33,354 bases of DNA, taken from the NCBI GenBank assembly GCA_009788135.1, contig WQSA01000001.1, forward strand, positions 4,106-37,459. Direction: 5' to 3'. This DNA comes from Candidatus Fibrimonadales bacterium (GTDB taxonomy: Bacteria; Fibrobacterota; Fibrobacteria; Fibrobacterales; Fibrobacteraceae). Made by a program: the position numbers and the translations under genes. The notes under the pieces are model-generated. The model made no database searches. It saw only the letters and a program-made list of their open reading frames with translations, and was not told the DNA's origin. Below are positions 17,657 to 26,358 of this stretch, piece after piece. Numbering within the stretch: position 1 is the first letter of the stretch; the number at the start of each line of letters is the position of its first letter.

Positions 17657-17693
17657 ATTGAATATAGTAAATTTAGCGTTTACTATATTCAAT
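17657..17693. promoter_or_regulatory. perfect 15-bp inverted repeat with 7-nt spacer (ATTGAATATAGTAAA-TTTAGCG-TTTACTATATTCAAT) in the 42-nt divergent gap
   Basis: I checked base pairing position by position, 17657-17671 against 17679-17693. Each arm presents TTTAC-TATATT 6-7 nt upstream of a divergent ATG (17653 minus, 17696 plus). Confidence 0.8.
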
Positions 17694-17695
17694 CC

Positions 17696-18487
17696 ATGCT
17701 CGAAGCCATAATTATAGGCCTGGTAGAAGGCCTTACCGAATTTCTGCCCATATCCTCAACCGGGCACATGCTGATTGCCAACAGTTTTTTAAAATATGAA
17801 TATAGCGATGCTTTTTATGTTCTAATACAAATTGGACCCATTGCAGCCTGCGCACTCGTGTTTTGGAGAGATATAGCCGGATATTTCACAAATTGGAAGA
17901 ATCCTGCTACCAAAGATTACGTTTTAAAACTGTTTGCCGCTTTCTTCCTGACTGGCGCAGGCGGATTTATCGCTAAAAAATGCGGACTTAAATTGCCAGA
18001 AACCATTCTACCTGTAGCTTTCGCCGTGTTGATAGGCGCCTTTGTCATCTTTGCCGTTGAATATAGCACAAAAAAAAGACCCCTGAATTCAAATTTAACC
18101 TGGGCCGTTGTTATAGCCGTAGCCATTGGGCAAATAATCGCAGCAGTTTTCCCGGGAGCCTCGCGCTCTGGCATGGCTATTATGGGAGCCCTCATAGTAG
18201 GCTTTGCGCGCCCAGATGCTGTCAAATTTGCGTTTTTAGTGGGCATTCCAACCATGTTCGCTGCCGGAAGCTATGAGTTGCTTGGAGAAATAAAAGCGGG
18301 AAATACAGCCGGTTTGCTCACTCCTGAATCCATAGCGGCATACATAGTAGCCACTATCTCAGCATGGCTCTCAGTGGTATGGCTCATGAAATTCGTCCAG
18401 AGCAAAAATTTTATCCCTTTCGCATGGTATAGAATTGTGCTTGGAATAGCCTTGCTCGTTCTGTTTACGCAAAATATTATCACTTAA
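17696..18487 (+). CDS. uppP: undecaprenyl-diphosphate phosphatase (BacA/UppP)
   Basis: 263 aa with the N-terminal signature GLVEGLTEFLPISSTGH and PGASRSG. Polytopic membrane protein. It is the only plus-strand gene in the window. Confidence 0.92.
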   Translation: MLEAIIIGLVEGLTEFLPISSTGHMLIANSFLKYEYSDAFYVLIQIGPIAACALVFWRDIAGYFTNWKNPATKDYVLKLFAAFFLTGAGGFIAKKCGLKLPETILPVAFAVLIGAFVIFAVEYSTKKRPLNSNLTWAVVIAVAIGQIIAAVFPGASRSGMAIMGALIVGFARPDAVKFAFLVGIPTMFAAGSYELLGEIKAGNTAGLLTPESIAAYIVATISAWLSVVWLMKFVQSKNFIPFAWYRIVLGIALLVLFTQNIIT

Positions 18488-20381
18488 ACTGCATCAGTAC
18501 GCAGGTAATATCATCTGTCTGCATAGCATCTCCGCGCCAATCCGCAAGAGTTTGAGGAAGTTGCTTTTCTATGGTGACATTGTTTATGCTAACCCTGTTC
18601 TCAAAGAATTTCACAAGCCTGTCCAGCCCAAAAATCTCTTTGCCTGGATTGAAAGTCTCGGTTACGCCATCCGTGTATAAAATTACAGAATCCCCCGGCT
18701 CAACGGAAATTTCGCAATCTTCTATGTACGGAGCCAAATCGGAATCCATCATAAGCGCAAGACCTCCGGAACGAATACGCTCAACGGTCTTGTCTTTGGC
18801 ACGGAAATGCAGAATATGCTCATGTCCGCAACTTATATAACGCAACTTGTTCCGCTTTGAATTCCACTCAAAAAACAGCAATGTGACAAACATGCCCATT
18901 TCTATCTTGCGAGACAAATAAATATTCAAACCAAGCATCAATTTTTTCAAATCGTCTTCTTCCTGATACTTGTTCTGCAAATATGTTTGCATAATAGCAA
19001 CCAAAATGCCCGCAGAAACCCCTTTTCCGCTAACATCTCCTATTACCACCGCAAGCTTATCGTCTTTTTTAAAGAAATCGTAATAGTCTCCGCCTATTTC
19101 CTTGGCTGGCTCCATAAAGAAAGATACTTCCATGCCTGGCACCTTGGGAACAACTTTCGTAAACAGAGAATTCTGAATTACATTGCCAGAAACAAGCTCC
19201 ATGGACATTCTCAAATTCTCGTTTTTCTGCTCTGCTATGCGGCTCGTGCTCAAAATAATAGCGGCAAAGCTGGAAAAACTCCTTGCCATGTTGAAATCCG
19301 CTTCCGTCAAATAATCGCTGCCAACCTTGTTTTGCAAAACAAGAACTCCCAAAAGATCAGATTCCTGCAAAAGCGGAATAAGTATTATTGAATGTACTTC
19401 TTGAGACAGATTTCCGAGAATTTCATCCATATCGTCTGAAACGTGATTGAAAAACACCCCGTTCCCATTGTTATGCCCGCATTTCCAAATTACGGAACGC
19501 TCGTCTTTTATGTGCTGCTTAAAAGCCATTTCGCGCAGCAAATCCACTCTGGTAAAGAGTTTTTCGCTGCCAATGCCAAACGGAAAATAAAGACCTGTAA
19601 CAGACACGCAGGCAAAATGCTTTTTGCTGTTTTCCCATTCATAAATGGCCGCTCCTTTGGCAGACAAAAAACGGCACAAACTATCTAAATAAGAATCGGC
19701 CGCATCTTTCTTATTCGAAAAATCCTTAATTGAACTGGAAATTTCGCGCATCATGTCTTTAAATCCAGATTGCTCGGTTAAAAGATTTTCTGTTTCCATT
19801 TTAGCATCGCAAAGCTCCTGATGTCTTTTTTCCATGCTTACATAAAATACAACAGCGATAAAAAGAAACCTGAATATATAAGCATCAAACGAGATAGTTG
19901 CAATTGCAAGCGCAATAATCATATATCTTGATATTTTCGGAATATAAGCCGCTCTGTAATATTCTTCGCCAATGCGAAACGCAACGTATATGGTAAACAG
20001 CAAAGCAAATAAACTCAGCAGCTCCGCTCCGTAAATATTTTGCCCGAACTTATACACAAACGTCTGCAAAAACACATTCTCAGCCATCAGAATAAAAATA
20101 TTTCGCTGCCTTTTCTTGTTAATGGCATAAGATAAATCCTTTTGTATTAAAAACAGATAAAAAAACGGGTCTATAATTTTCGCAGTATAGCTATAAGCTC
20201 CAGACAAAAACGAATATTGATATGCAAAAAAGAAATTGAAAAGAAAAAATGCGAAGAAGCCAAAGAATTCTAAGGCTAGCAACTTATCCTTAAATGAAGC
20301 ATTTCTCCATTTAACGAAAGCTACCGCGGCTGGAAAAGCCATTAAAAACGGTAGTATTAAATAAACAATTTCAAATATCAT
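18480..20381 (-). CDS. membrane-anchored GAF-like / PP2C (SpoIIE/RsbU-type) serine phosphatase
   Basis: 633 aa. The first 190 aa or so are multi-TM, followed by a central sensor-like region. The C-terminal PP2C motifs are GGDYYDFF, VVIGDVSGKGVSAGILVA, LYTDGVTE and DDITCVLM. ATGA overlap with the pilQ stop. Confidence 0.8.
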   Translation of the reverse strand: MIFEIVYLILPFLMAFPAAVAFVKWRNASFKDKLLALEFFGFFAFFLFNFFFAYQYSFLSGAYSYTAKIIDPFFYLFLIQKDLSYAINKKRQRNIFILMAENVFLQTFVYKFGQNIYGAELLSLFALLFTIYVAFRIGEEYYRAAYIPKISRYMIIALAIATISFDAYIFRFLFIAVVFYVSMEKRHQELCDAKMETENLLTEQSGFKDMMREISSSIKDFSNKKDAADSYLDSLCRFLSAKGAAIYEWENSKKHFACVSVTGLYFPFGIGSEKLFTRVDLLREMAFKQHIKDERSVIWKCGHNNGNGVFFNHVSDDMDEILGNLSQEVHSIILIPLLQESDLLGVLVLQNKVGSDYLTEADFNMARSFSSFAAIILSTSRIAEQKNENLRMSMELVSGNVIQNSLFTKVVPKVPGMEVSFFMEPAKEIGGDYYDFFKKDDKLAVVIGDVSGKGVSAGILVAIMQTYLQNKYQEEDDLKKLMLGLNIYLSRKIEMGMFVTLLFFEWNSKRNKLRYISCGHEHILHFRAKDKTVERIRSGGLALMMDSDLAPYIEDCEISVEPGDSVILYTDGVTETFNPGKEIFGLDRLVKFFENRVSINNVTIEKQLPQTLADWRGDAMQTDDITCVLMQFK

Positions 20382-21715
20382 TCCCAGCCGTCATCATCGC
20401 TGCTGCGGGAGCTTCTTTTTGCCGCTGGGGCATCCACGGCTTCCGGCGCATCAGCCAGGTAATTGCGCATTATGCGCGGGGTTACAAATATAATCAAATC
20501 TTTTTTGGTAATTTCTTTTCTTGTATGTTTGAATAAATACCCCAAAACCGGAATATCCTTTAAGAATGGAATTCCCGTTTCCGTTTCCATTTCATCATTT
20601 TTCGTTAAACCGCCTATAACAACTGTTTCTCCATCGGAAACCACAACCTTGGTCTGCGCCTCCTGTTTGCTGATAACAATTTGGCCTCTATCATCATAAC
20701 TGTAGCTGTTGTTCTCAGGATGCAGTTCCAGCAAAATTCTGTTGTCGCCGGCAACGTGCGGAGTCACCGTCAGTTTTATGCCGCTTTCTACCATCTGTAT
20801 AGCAGACTGACCGCTTGCATCTATAACCCTTATGGAAATCTGATCTCCCATAAAAATCGTAGCTTCAGTGTGATCCAAAGTTGAAATTTGCGGGCTTGCC
20901 AAAATTTCAGAACGGGAATCGCTCAAAATGCTTGAAATAGCAGCCTGCATATTCTGATCGAAAGCCTTAACGGTTATCTCTGTAGCAACATCGCCGCTGG
21001 AAGTAGTCAGGCTCGGCTGATTGGAAAAAGATCCTTCAAGCCTTGAGTTTGCTCCGCCAACGCTTACATTTGTCCAGTCAACGCCCAATTCGCTTGTAAG
21101 ACGGCTGTCAACAACAACAAGCTTTGCCGTGATTGCTATCTGCAAAGTCTCAACATCCAATTCGTTCAGAGTATTTTGCATTTGCTCCAAACGCTTTTCC
21201 GTATCGTAAACTATTATGGCATTGTTGCGAGAAATCACGGAAATGCGCCCGCGCGTGGATCTTATCGTTTCCAAAACAGCGGCCATTTCTGCGGCAGAAG
21301 CGTGCCTTATCTGAAAACTGCGCCTTGCAAGCGGTGCAACCATATCGCCCTGCTCACGTTTTTCAGAGTCCATTATTATTTTCTGCTGATAGGTAGCGCT
21401 TCTCTGAACGCTTATGTAATTGCCTTCGGAAAGCCACTTCAAATCATGCAAACTGCATATTATGTCCAGCATCTCAGGCCAAGTTTTTTTAGTAACTGTC
21501 ATGGACAGCCTTCCCTGAACATCTGGAGCGAGCAATATATCAACGCCAGCCCATACGGATATCGAATGAAAAACAGACTGAAAATCTGCATCCACCCAGG
21601 ATACGTCATACCTTTTGCTGCTGCCTTGTATAGCAGCAAAAGACGAAATTGTCAGAGACAAAACTAGCAGTTGAACAACTGCGATGAAGCTTTTTTTCAT
21701 TGAACCCCTTTTCAT
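20378..21715 (-). CDS. pilQ: type IV pilus secretin PilQ
   Basis: 445 aa with a signal peptide, an N0/STN-like segment (VDADFQSVFHSISVWAGVDILLAPDVQGRLSMTV) and a secretin C-domain (GETVVIGGL...ETGIPFLKDIPVLGYLFKHTRKEITKKDLIIFVTPRI). Confidence 0.88.
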   Translation of the reverse strand: MKRGSMKKSFIAVVQLLVLSLTISSFAAIQGSSKRYDVSWVDADFQSVFHSISVWAGVDILLAPDVQGRLSMTVTKKTWPEMLDIICSLHDLKWLSEGNYISVQRSATYQQKIIMDSEKREQGDMVAPLARRSFQIRHASAAEMAAVLETIRSTRGRISVISRNNAIIVYDTEKRLEQMQNTLNELDVETLQIAITAKLVVVDSRLTSELGVDWTNVSVGGANSRLEGSFSNQPSLTTSSGDVATEITVKAFDQNMQAAISSILSDSRSEILASPQISTLDHTEATIFMGDQISIRVIDASGQSAIQMVESGIKLTVTPHVAGDNRILLELHPENNSYSYDDRGQIVISKQEAQTKVVVSDGETVVIGGLTKNDEMETETGIPFLKDIPVLGYLFKHTRKEITKKDLIIFVTPRIMRNYLADAPEAVDAPAAKRSSRSSDDDGWE

Positions 21716-22893
21716 TTTTTAGTACTCCCGTATTTATCGGGCAAGGACACCTTGTGGCGGCGGCTTACTCTATATTCCGTCAAGAGGAACAGCACATCGG
21801 TTTTCGATATTTTGAGAACCTTGCCATTTTTAACCGAGTCACCCTCAAAAAGCGTGTATGACAACCCTCTGGCTTTATTGTTGGAAAAAAGAGCCATGGG
21901 CTTTTCATTCTCGTAAATAATACCAACCAAAGTTAAATTATCAATGTTAATTCCAGTGGTGTCCATGCTTTTGACTTCTCTAAATGGATCTCTAAAGCCG
22001 AATGAGCTATAAGTTTTTCTTTTGCTGTCGGCCCAGGCAAATTTCTCGGCAATGCTGTCCACGCTGCCCGGGATATCTTTTTTCAAATCGCGAAGTTTTT
22101 CTTTTTGCTCCGCAGTAAGTTCCGCTTCTTGAACAATATCGCGCTGAAATACATAGCCTTCTCTGCTGTGATAACGTACCTTATAAAAAGAAGGGACTTT
22201 ATCCAAAACCTTCAAACGATCGCCAAACTCCAAAACTTCCAGATGCTTGCCATCATGTGGAGTCGGATAAAGATAAGCGATATCTTCGGTAACAAGATAA
22301 GACGCATCCTGTCTTTTAACCTGTATGGTTTGCCGCAAAAGAGAATCTTCGTTATACTTCAAAGTCTCCAGCGACTTTCTATCCATAAAACGTCCTGCAA
22401 AATCAACAGCCCTAAGCGCCAAAGGCTCATAACTTGGCAAATAATAAACCGAGCTATTTAAACTAGTTGGAGATGCTTTCCAATTTTCCAGTTTGCCAGG
22501 AGAAGTCTCGTCTTGCAAAAGCAGCCTGTTTTTCATAATCATAACAGCAGGTTTTTTTCCACGATGCAAATACACGGACAATTTGCCTTCGCTCCAAGCC
22601 AAGCCCTTTGCAAAAGAGCTTTTAGCAATCTGAAATACCCCGGAATAGCTAGGCCCGCCCGAAATTGACAGATCAACTGTGGTATCCGTGATTACCGGAA
22701 CCGTTTCTCTGGGAATTTGGAAATCAAAAACAATTAAAAGACCTTCCCATTCGGAATTTTTCTGCACGGAAACACTTGATATGCGAGGCGGCATAATTGA
22801 AAATTCATTCAACTCGGAATTCTGCGAACTAGCCGACATTGCCAGAACTGCAGCCAAGATAAAAATTTTAAATATCAACAGCCTGTTTTTCAT
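21712..22893 (-). CDS. PilP-like pilus assembly protein with a large N-terminal extension (AMIN-like region plus SH3b-like domain)
   Basis: 393 aa with a signal peptide. It occupies the pilP slot between pilO and pilQ. The C-terminus has FRDPF followed by LTLVGIIYENEKPMALFSNNKARGLSYTLFEGDSVKNGKVLKISKTDVLFL (PilP-like). The middle has GDRLKVLDKVPSFYKVRYHSREGYVFQRDI (SH3b-like). Confidence 0.6.
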   Translation of the reverse strand: MKNRLLIFKIFILAAVLAMSASSQNSELNEFSIMPPRISSVSVQKNSEWEGLLIVFDFQIPRETVPVITDTTVDLSISGGPSYSGVFQIAKSSFAKGLAWSEGKLSVYLHRGKKPAVMIMKNRLLLQDETSPGKLENWKASPTSLNSSVYYLPSYEPLALRAVDFAGRFMDRKSLETLKYNEDSLLRQTIQVKRQDASYLVTEDIAYLYPTPHDGKHLEVLEFGDRLKVLDKVPSFYKVRYHSREGYVFQRDIVQEAELTAEQKEKLRDLKKDIPGSVDSIAEKFAWADSKRKTYSSFGFRDPFREVKSMDTTGINIDNLTLVGIIYENEKPMALFSNNKARGLSYTLFEGDSVKNGKVLKISKTDVLFLLTEYRVSRRHKVSLPDKYGSTKK

Positions 22894-23489
22894 TGCTTCC
22901 TCGAAGTAAATGTAGTTAAATCAAATGAAACGCTCATTGTCACAGGTTCCCACCCATGTTCATCCGCTTTTTTTACTTCTTGAGTTATAGCCCCATAGCG
23001 AGATAGCTTCAAATTGTCTATGGTTGTTGGATAATGAAAACTGGCGATTTCCTCAAACAATTTGCCAAGCATATGATAACCGGCATTTACATTGAAAGAA
23101 TAATTGTTTTCCACAAAATGTTCTTTTGGCTGCGAGCCGTTTGGCTTAAATGTCTGAATATTAACGCCAGAAGCTCTAACCACCGCATACAAATCTTCCA
23201 AGCGCCCTGGAACATTTTCATCTTCCGGGAACATTTCTTTTAATCTTTCAAAATCAGCTTCTGCATTTATCAACTCTTTCTCCAGCATTGGAATTCTAGG
23301 TCTTTGCGAATTTATTTTGTCCAATTCTGCTTGCGCTATTTTTTGATCGTTCACAAGCTTCTGCTTTTCCTGCTGGAACTCTGACCAAACGGAATCGTAA
23401 AACCAATAACAAGCGCTCAAACAGGCGACAATCACCGCTATAAGATATATATTCTTCTTATCCCTTATGTCAAATTTCGAATCTGCCAT
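22890..23489 (-). CDS. pilO: type IV pilus assembly protein PilO
   Basis: 199 aa with a single N-terminal TM, a coiled coil and a C-terminal alpha/beta domain. It lies directly after pilN. AGGAG SD. Confidence 0.7.
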   Translation of the reverse strand: MADSKFDIRDKKNIYLIAVIVACLSACYWFYDSVWSEFQQEKQKLVNDQKIAQAELDKINSQRPRIPMLEKELINAEADFERLKEMFPEDENVPGRLEDLYAVVRASGVNIQTFKPNGSQPKEHFVENNYSFNVNAGYHMLGKLFEEIASFHYPTTIDNLKLSRYGAITQEVKKADEHGWEPVTMSVSFDLTTFTSRKQ

Positions 23490-23497
23490 AGATACTC

Positions 23498-24100
23498 CTA
23501 ACGAACTCCATCTTCCAAACCTAAATTCGGATTGAATGCAACCTTGAACGAAAAATTATAAGCATTTTCATTATTCACTTTTGTGGCGCTTATGCTTGTA
23601 AGGGTAATTCCGGTAATATCTTTTTGCTTCTCCAAATCGGTCATATATTTCGCGACTTCGTCAAAATTCCAAGTTAAACCGCTTATATCCATTTGATTGC
23701 CATTTTGAGTTATTGCGGTTATCCATGTCCCCGGCGTATCTTTTAGCGCCATATATATATACTGAAGCAAAATAACCCAGCGCTCGCGGCTAACCTGTAT
23801 GGAACGCAAAGCATCTATCTTTTGTTTTATGCTCGCCTGCATCGCTTCCAATTCGTTTATTTTCTTGAGTATATGCCGCTCCCTCTCAACGGCTATCTTG
23901 GTCTGCTCAACGGCTTTTTCCAATTCTGCAGTAGTTTCCTTTACATAATAATATACGCCAGACAAAAACAAAAACACAAAAATAAGCCCAAAAGTTGACC
24001 ATATAACGCGCATATCGGAAAGCCAGGACAAATCTATCTTGACTTGCCTGTATTCATTGGGCAAAAGATTTATTTCAACAAGCGAAAGCTGATTTGCCAT
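23498..24100 (-). CDS. pilN: type IV pilus assembly protein PilN
   Basis: 200 aa with the N-terminal INLLP motif (LVEINLLPNEYRQ), then a TM and a coiled coil. TAATG overlap with pilM. Confidence 0.8.
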   Translation of the reverse strand: MANQLSLVEINLLPNEYRQVKIDLSWLSDMRVIWSTFGLIFVFLFLSGVYYYVKETTAELEKAVEQTKIAVERERHILKKINELEAMQASIKQKIDALRSIQVSRERWVILLQYIYMALKDTPGTWITAITQNGNQMDISGLTWNFDEVAKYMTDLEKQKDITGITLTSISATKVNNENAYNFSFKVAFNPNLGLEDGVR

Positions 24101-25227
24101 TAGAATCTCCTCAGGGCAAGACCCAAAGCGACAGTGTATATGTTAGCCGCCGAATTCCAATCCATTTTTGGGAAACGATTCTTGTCAACTTGCACCGCTT
24201 TGAACGGATTTAAGCGTACTGCCTCCAAAGACAGCCTGTTTGCAAGAAACTGCGTTAAACCCGTTATATTTGAGCCTCCACCTGCAACCATTATTTTAGA
24301 CGGTTTCCTGTAATTGTCGGATGAACTGAAATAACGAAGCGCCGTATCAACTTTCATGGCAATTTCTTCAAAAACAAATTCCATAACGGATTTGACTTTA
24401 GACTGGTCCAAACCAGACTCCCTAACTCCGTTTCCTCCCATAAGCAGTTCGGCGCTTTTATCGAAAGAAATATTCAGTGGACCAGACATCTGTTCCTGCA
24501 AATCGCGAACCGAGCCGCCTAATATAGAACGGGCTGTAGTGAAATACCCGTTTCTCAGAAAAGCCGCATAAGACTTGCTATAACCTATATTCAAAAGCAA
24601 AATTGACTCATCCTCGTCATCATCGGCATGCGGTAAACCGCTATAAGAAGTGTCTGAGGGCATTTTTGAGAAGGCATACGCATTGCCCAAAACAAAAGCG
24701 TCAACATCTATGGCAAAAAGTTTTATGTTCAATGCCTGAAATAAATTTATCCAAGAAATCAAGCCCTCTTTTTTGGCAGCCACTATCATAGCTTCAATGC
24801 CATCTTCTCTGCGCTCCATAATTGAATAATCCAAAATGTTGCCAGCATCGTCAAAAGGACTTTTTCCCATTGCAGTCTGAAGTATAAGTTCATTTTCCGG
24901 AACTTTTGGCAATGGTTTAACAAGAATTCGATCGCATAAAATTCCAGAAGTCCAGTTTACCGAGATAACATAATCGCCATCTAAGCCTCCAGGCATAGCT
25001 CTGGAAAGCAGAGAATAAATTTTATCCATCAGAACCGAAACATTGCGAATTTCATTGTCAACTATAACGCCTTCCGGAATAATATCATGCTCTAAAGCCA
25101 GCAAAACACCTCTTTCTTCGCCCTGCTTATGCCCAACAACGGCAACCTTGGCCATACGATGGCCAATATCCAGACCCACGGTCTTGCTTTCACCGCGTAT
25201 TCTTGAAATTAAATGGCGTAACTGCAC
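24100..25227 (-). CDS. pilM: type IV pilus assembly protein PilM (actin-like ATPase fold)
   Basis: 375 aa. GTG start at 25225-25227; an in-frame TAA two codons upstream excludes a longer ORF. VGLDIGHRMAKVAVV near the N-terminus and MVAGGGSNITGL near the C-terminus. Confidence 0.85.
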   Translation of the reverse strand: MQLRHLISRIRGESKTVGLDIGHRMAKVAVVGHKQGEERGVLLALEHDIIPEGVIVDNEIRNVSVLMDKIYSLLSRAMPGGLDGDYVISVNWTSGILCDRILVKPLPKVPENELILQTAMGKSPFDDAGNILDYSIMERREDGIEAMIVAAKKEGLISWINLFQALNIKLFAIDVDAFVLGNAYAFSKMPSDTSYSGLPHADDDEDESILLLNIGYSKSYAAFLRNGYFTTARSILGGSVRDLQEQMSGPLNISFDKSAELLMGGNGVRESGLDQSKVKSVMEFVFEEIAMKVDTALRYFSSSDNYRKPSKIMVAGGGSNITGLTQFLANRLSLEAVRLNPFKAVQVDKNRFPKMDWNSAANIYTVALGLALRRF

Positions 25228-25247
25228 GAATTAAATATAGTAAATAC
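25228..25247 (-). promoter_or_regulatory. candidate promoter / short-leader element (GTATTTAC-TATATT-TAATTC-GTG)
   Basis: The motif instance lies in the 24-nt gap upstream of pilM. It shares the 12-mer ATTTACTATATT with the arms of the 17657-17693 palindrome. No SD is present. Confidence 0.4.
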
Positions 25248-25251
25248 AAAC

Positions 25252-26337
25252 TCAAACATTCTTAAGCATAGAATCTTGCCTCTGCTTTTCAAAAACATAA
25301 TGTACTATCTGCTCCTGAATTGCGGGAACATCGCCGTTAATAGCCACGCTATGCACGGTTTTTGAAGAATCGTTATTGTAGGCACCTGCAACTCTTACCA
25401 CAATTACCGGCAGTTGATCTATGCGACCGTGGCCCGGAAGTTCAAAATTCAGCTTTAACTCCGCGCCTCTGATAAGCTTGATGGGAAGCGCCATGCCAAA
25501 GCCGCCGCCAGACATATCGATTATTTTTCCAAAGAAAATATCGCCTACGCCATCCCTGTTCATTTGAATTATCTCAACAGAAATGCTAACATCGGCGCGA
25601 GCAAAACTTCTTTGCTGGGTTCGGTTGAGCTCAGTTGCATGACTTAACTCAAGTGCTCCTTTTGAATCTCTCAGTACCTGCGCCCTAAAATCATATTCCG
25701 CATCGCCCGGCCTGGTAAAGTTTATGCTAATCCAGGTTCCAAGCGGCACAGGAGGCCCATCTGGGCGGGCTATTGACCAATTCAACTCTTCCGTCCTGAG
25801 AATATCGCACATACCTTTGTGGGTTTCCGGTCCTTCTTCGGGAATTCGCACTTTGCATTTTTCGCAGCTAACGAACTGCCTTGTTGAACTGTAAGCTATT
25901 TCTTTGGACAAAGGCAAAAAACCGAGTATTTTTCTCAAGTTTCTTATTTCTTCCAACTTTTCGTCGGGTATTGTTTTAATTTCCTTACGTTGATAATATT
26001 TTTCGAGCGCAATTTCAAACACATGCGGAGACTTTAGCATTGAATCCGGATCTTGCAGATCTCCGTCCTGCGCAATCGCTTTTAAAATGGACATGCAACC
26101 CAAATTCAGCTTTAAACGCTTTGCACTGTATTCAAACTTTTTCCAAGCCAGATCCTGAAGCTCTCGCCTTACTTTGTTTGAACGGCGAACCTCATAAAGC
26201 ACCACAGCAAAAACCAACAGCACAACCACTCCAGCAATCGTCAAAATGCTTAACAACGACATTTCTTTATCGGCCCACATCCTAAAAGACTCGGCCCATA
26301 TATCATACTTACTGACTATAATGATGCTATCTCTCAT
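25252..26337 (-). CDS. membrane-anchored PilZ-domain (c-di-GMP-binding type) protein
   Basis: 361 aa with one TM near the N-terminus. The C-terminal PilZ motifs are intact: RSFAR (RxxxR) and DMSGGG (DxSxxG). Confidence 0.8.
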   Translation of the reverse strand: MRDSIIIVSKYDIWAESFRMWADKEMSLLSILTIAGVVVLLVFAVVLYEVRRSNKVRRELQDLAWKKFEYSAKRLKLNLGCMSILKAIAQDGDLQDPDSMLKSPHVFEIALEKYYQRKEIKTIPDEKLEEIRNLRKILGFLPLSKEIAYSSTRQFVSCEKCKVRIPEEGPETHKGMCDILRTEELNWSIARPDGPPVPLGTWISINFTRPGDAEYDFRAQVLRDSKGALELSHATELNRTQQRSFARADVSISVEIIQMNRDGVGDIFFGKIIDMSGGGFGMALPIKLIRGAELKLNFELPGHGRIDQLPVIVVRVAGAYNNDSSKTVHSVAINGDVPAIQEQIVHYVFEKQRQDSMLKNV

Positions 26338-26358
26338 TTGCAGTAATCTAGAAATTTA
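26338..26358 (-). promoter_or_regulatory. candidate promoter / short-leader element (TAAATTTC-TAGATT-ACTGCAA-ATG)
   Basis: The motif instance lies in the 18-nt gap and overlaps the pmbA stop codon. No SD is present. Confidence 0.4.

Noticed and set aside
25234-25245. Exact 12-mer copy (AATATAGTAAAT) of one arm of the 17657-17693 palindrome, considered as a second recombination site
   Set aside because: Only one arm is present, with no inverted partner within the 24-nt gap. The match is explained by the shared TTTAC-TATATT upstream element. It is mentioned in the findings but not called as a site.
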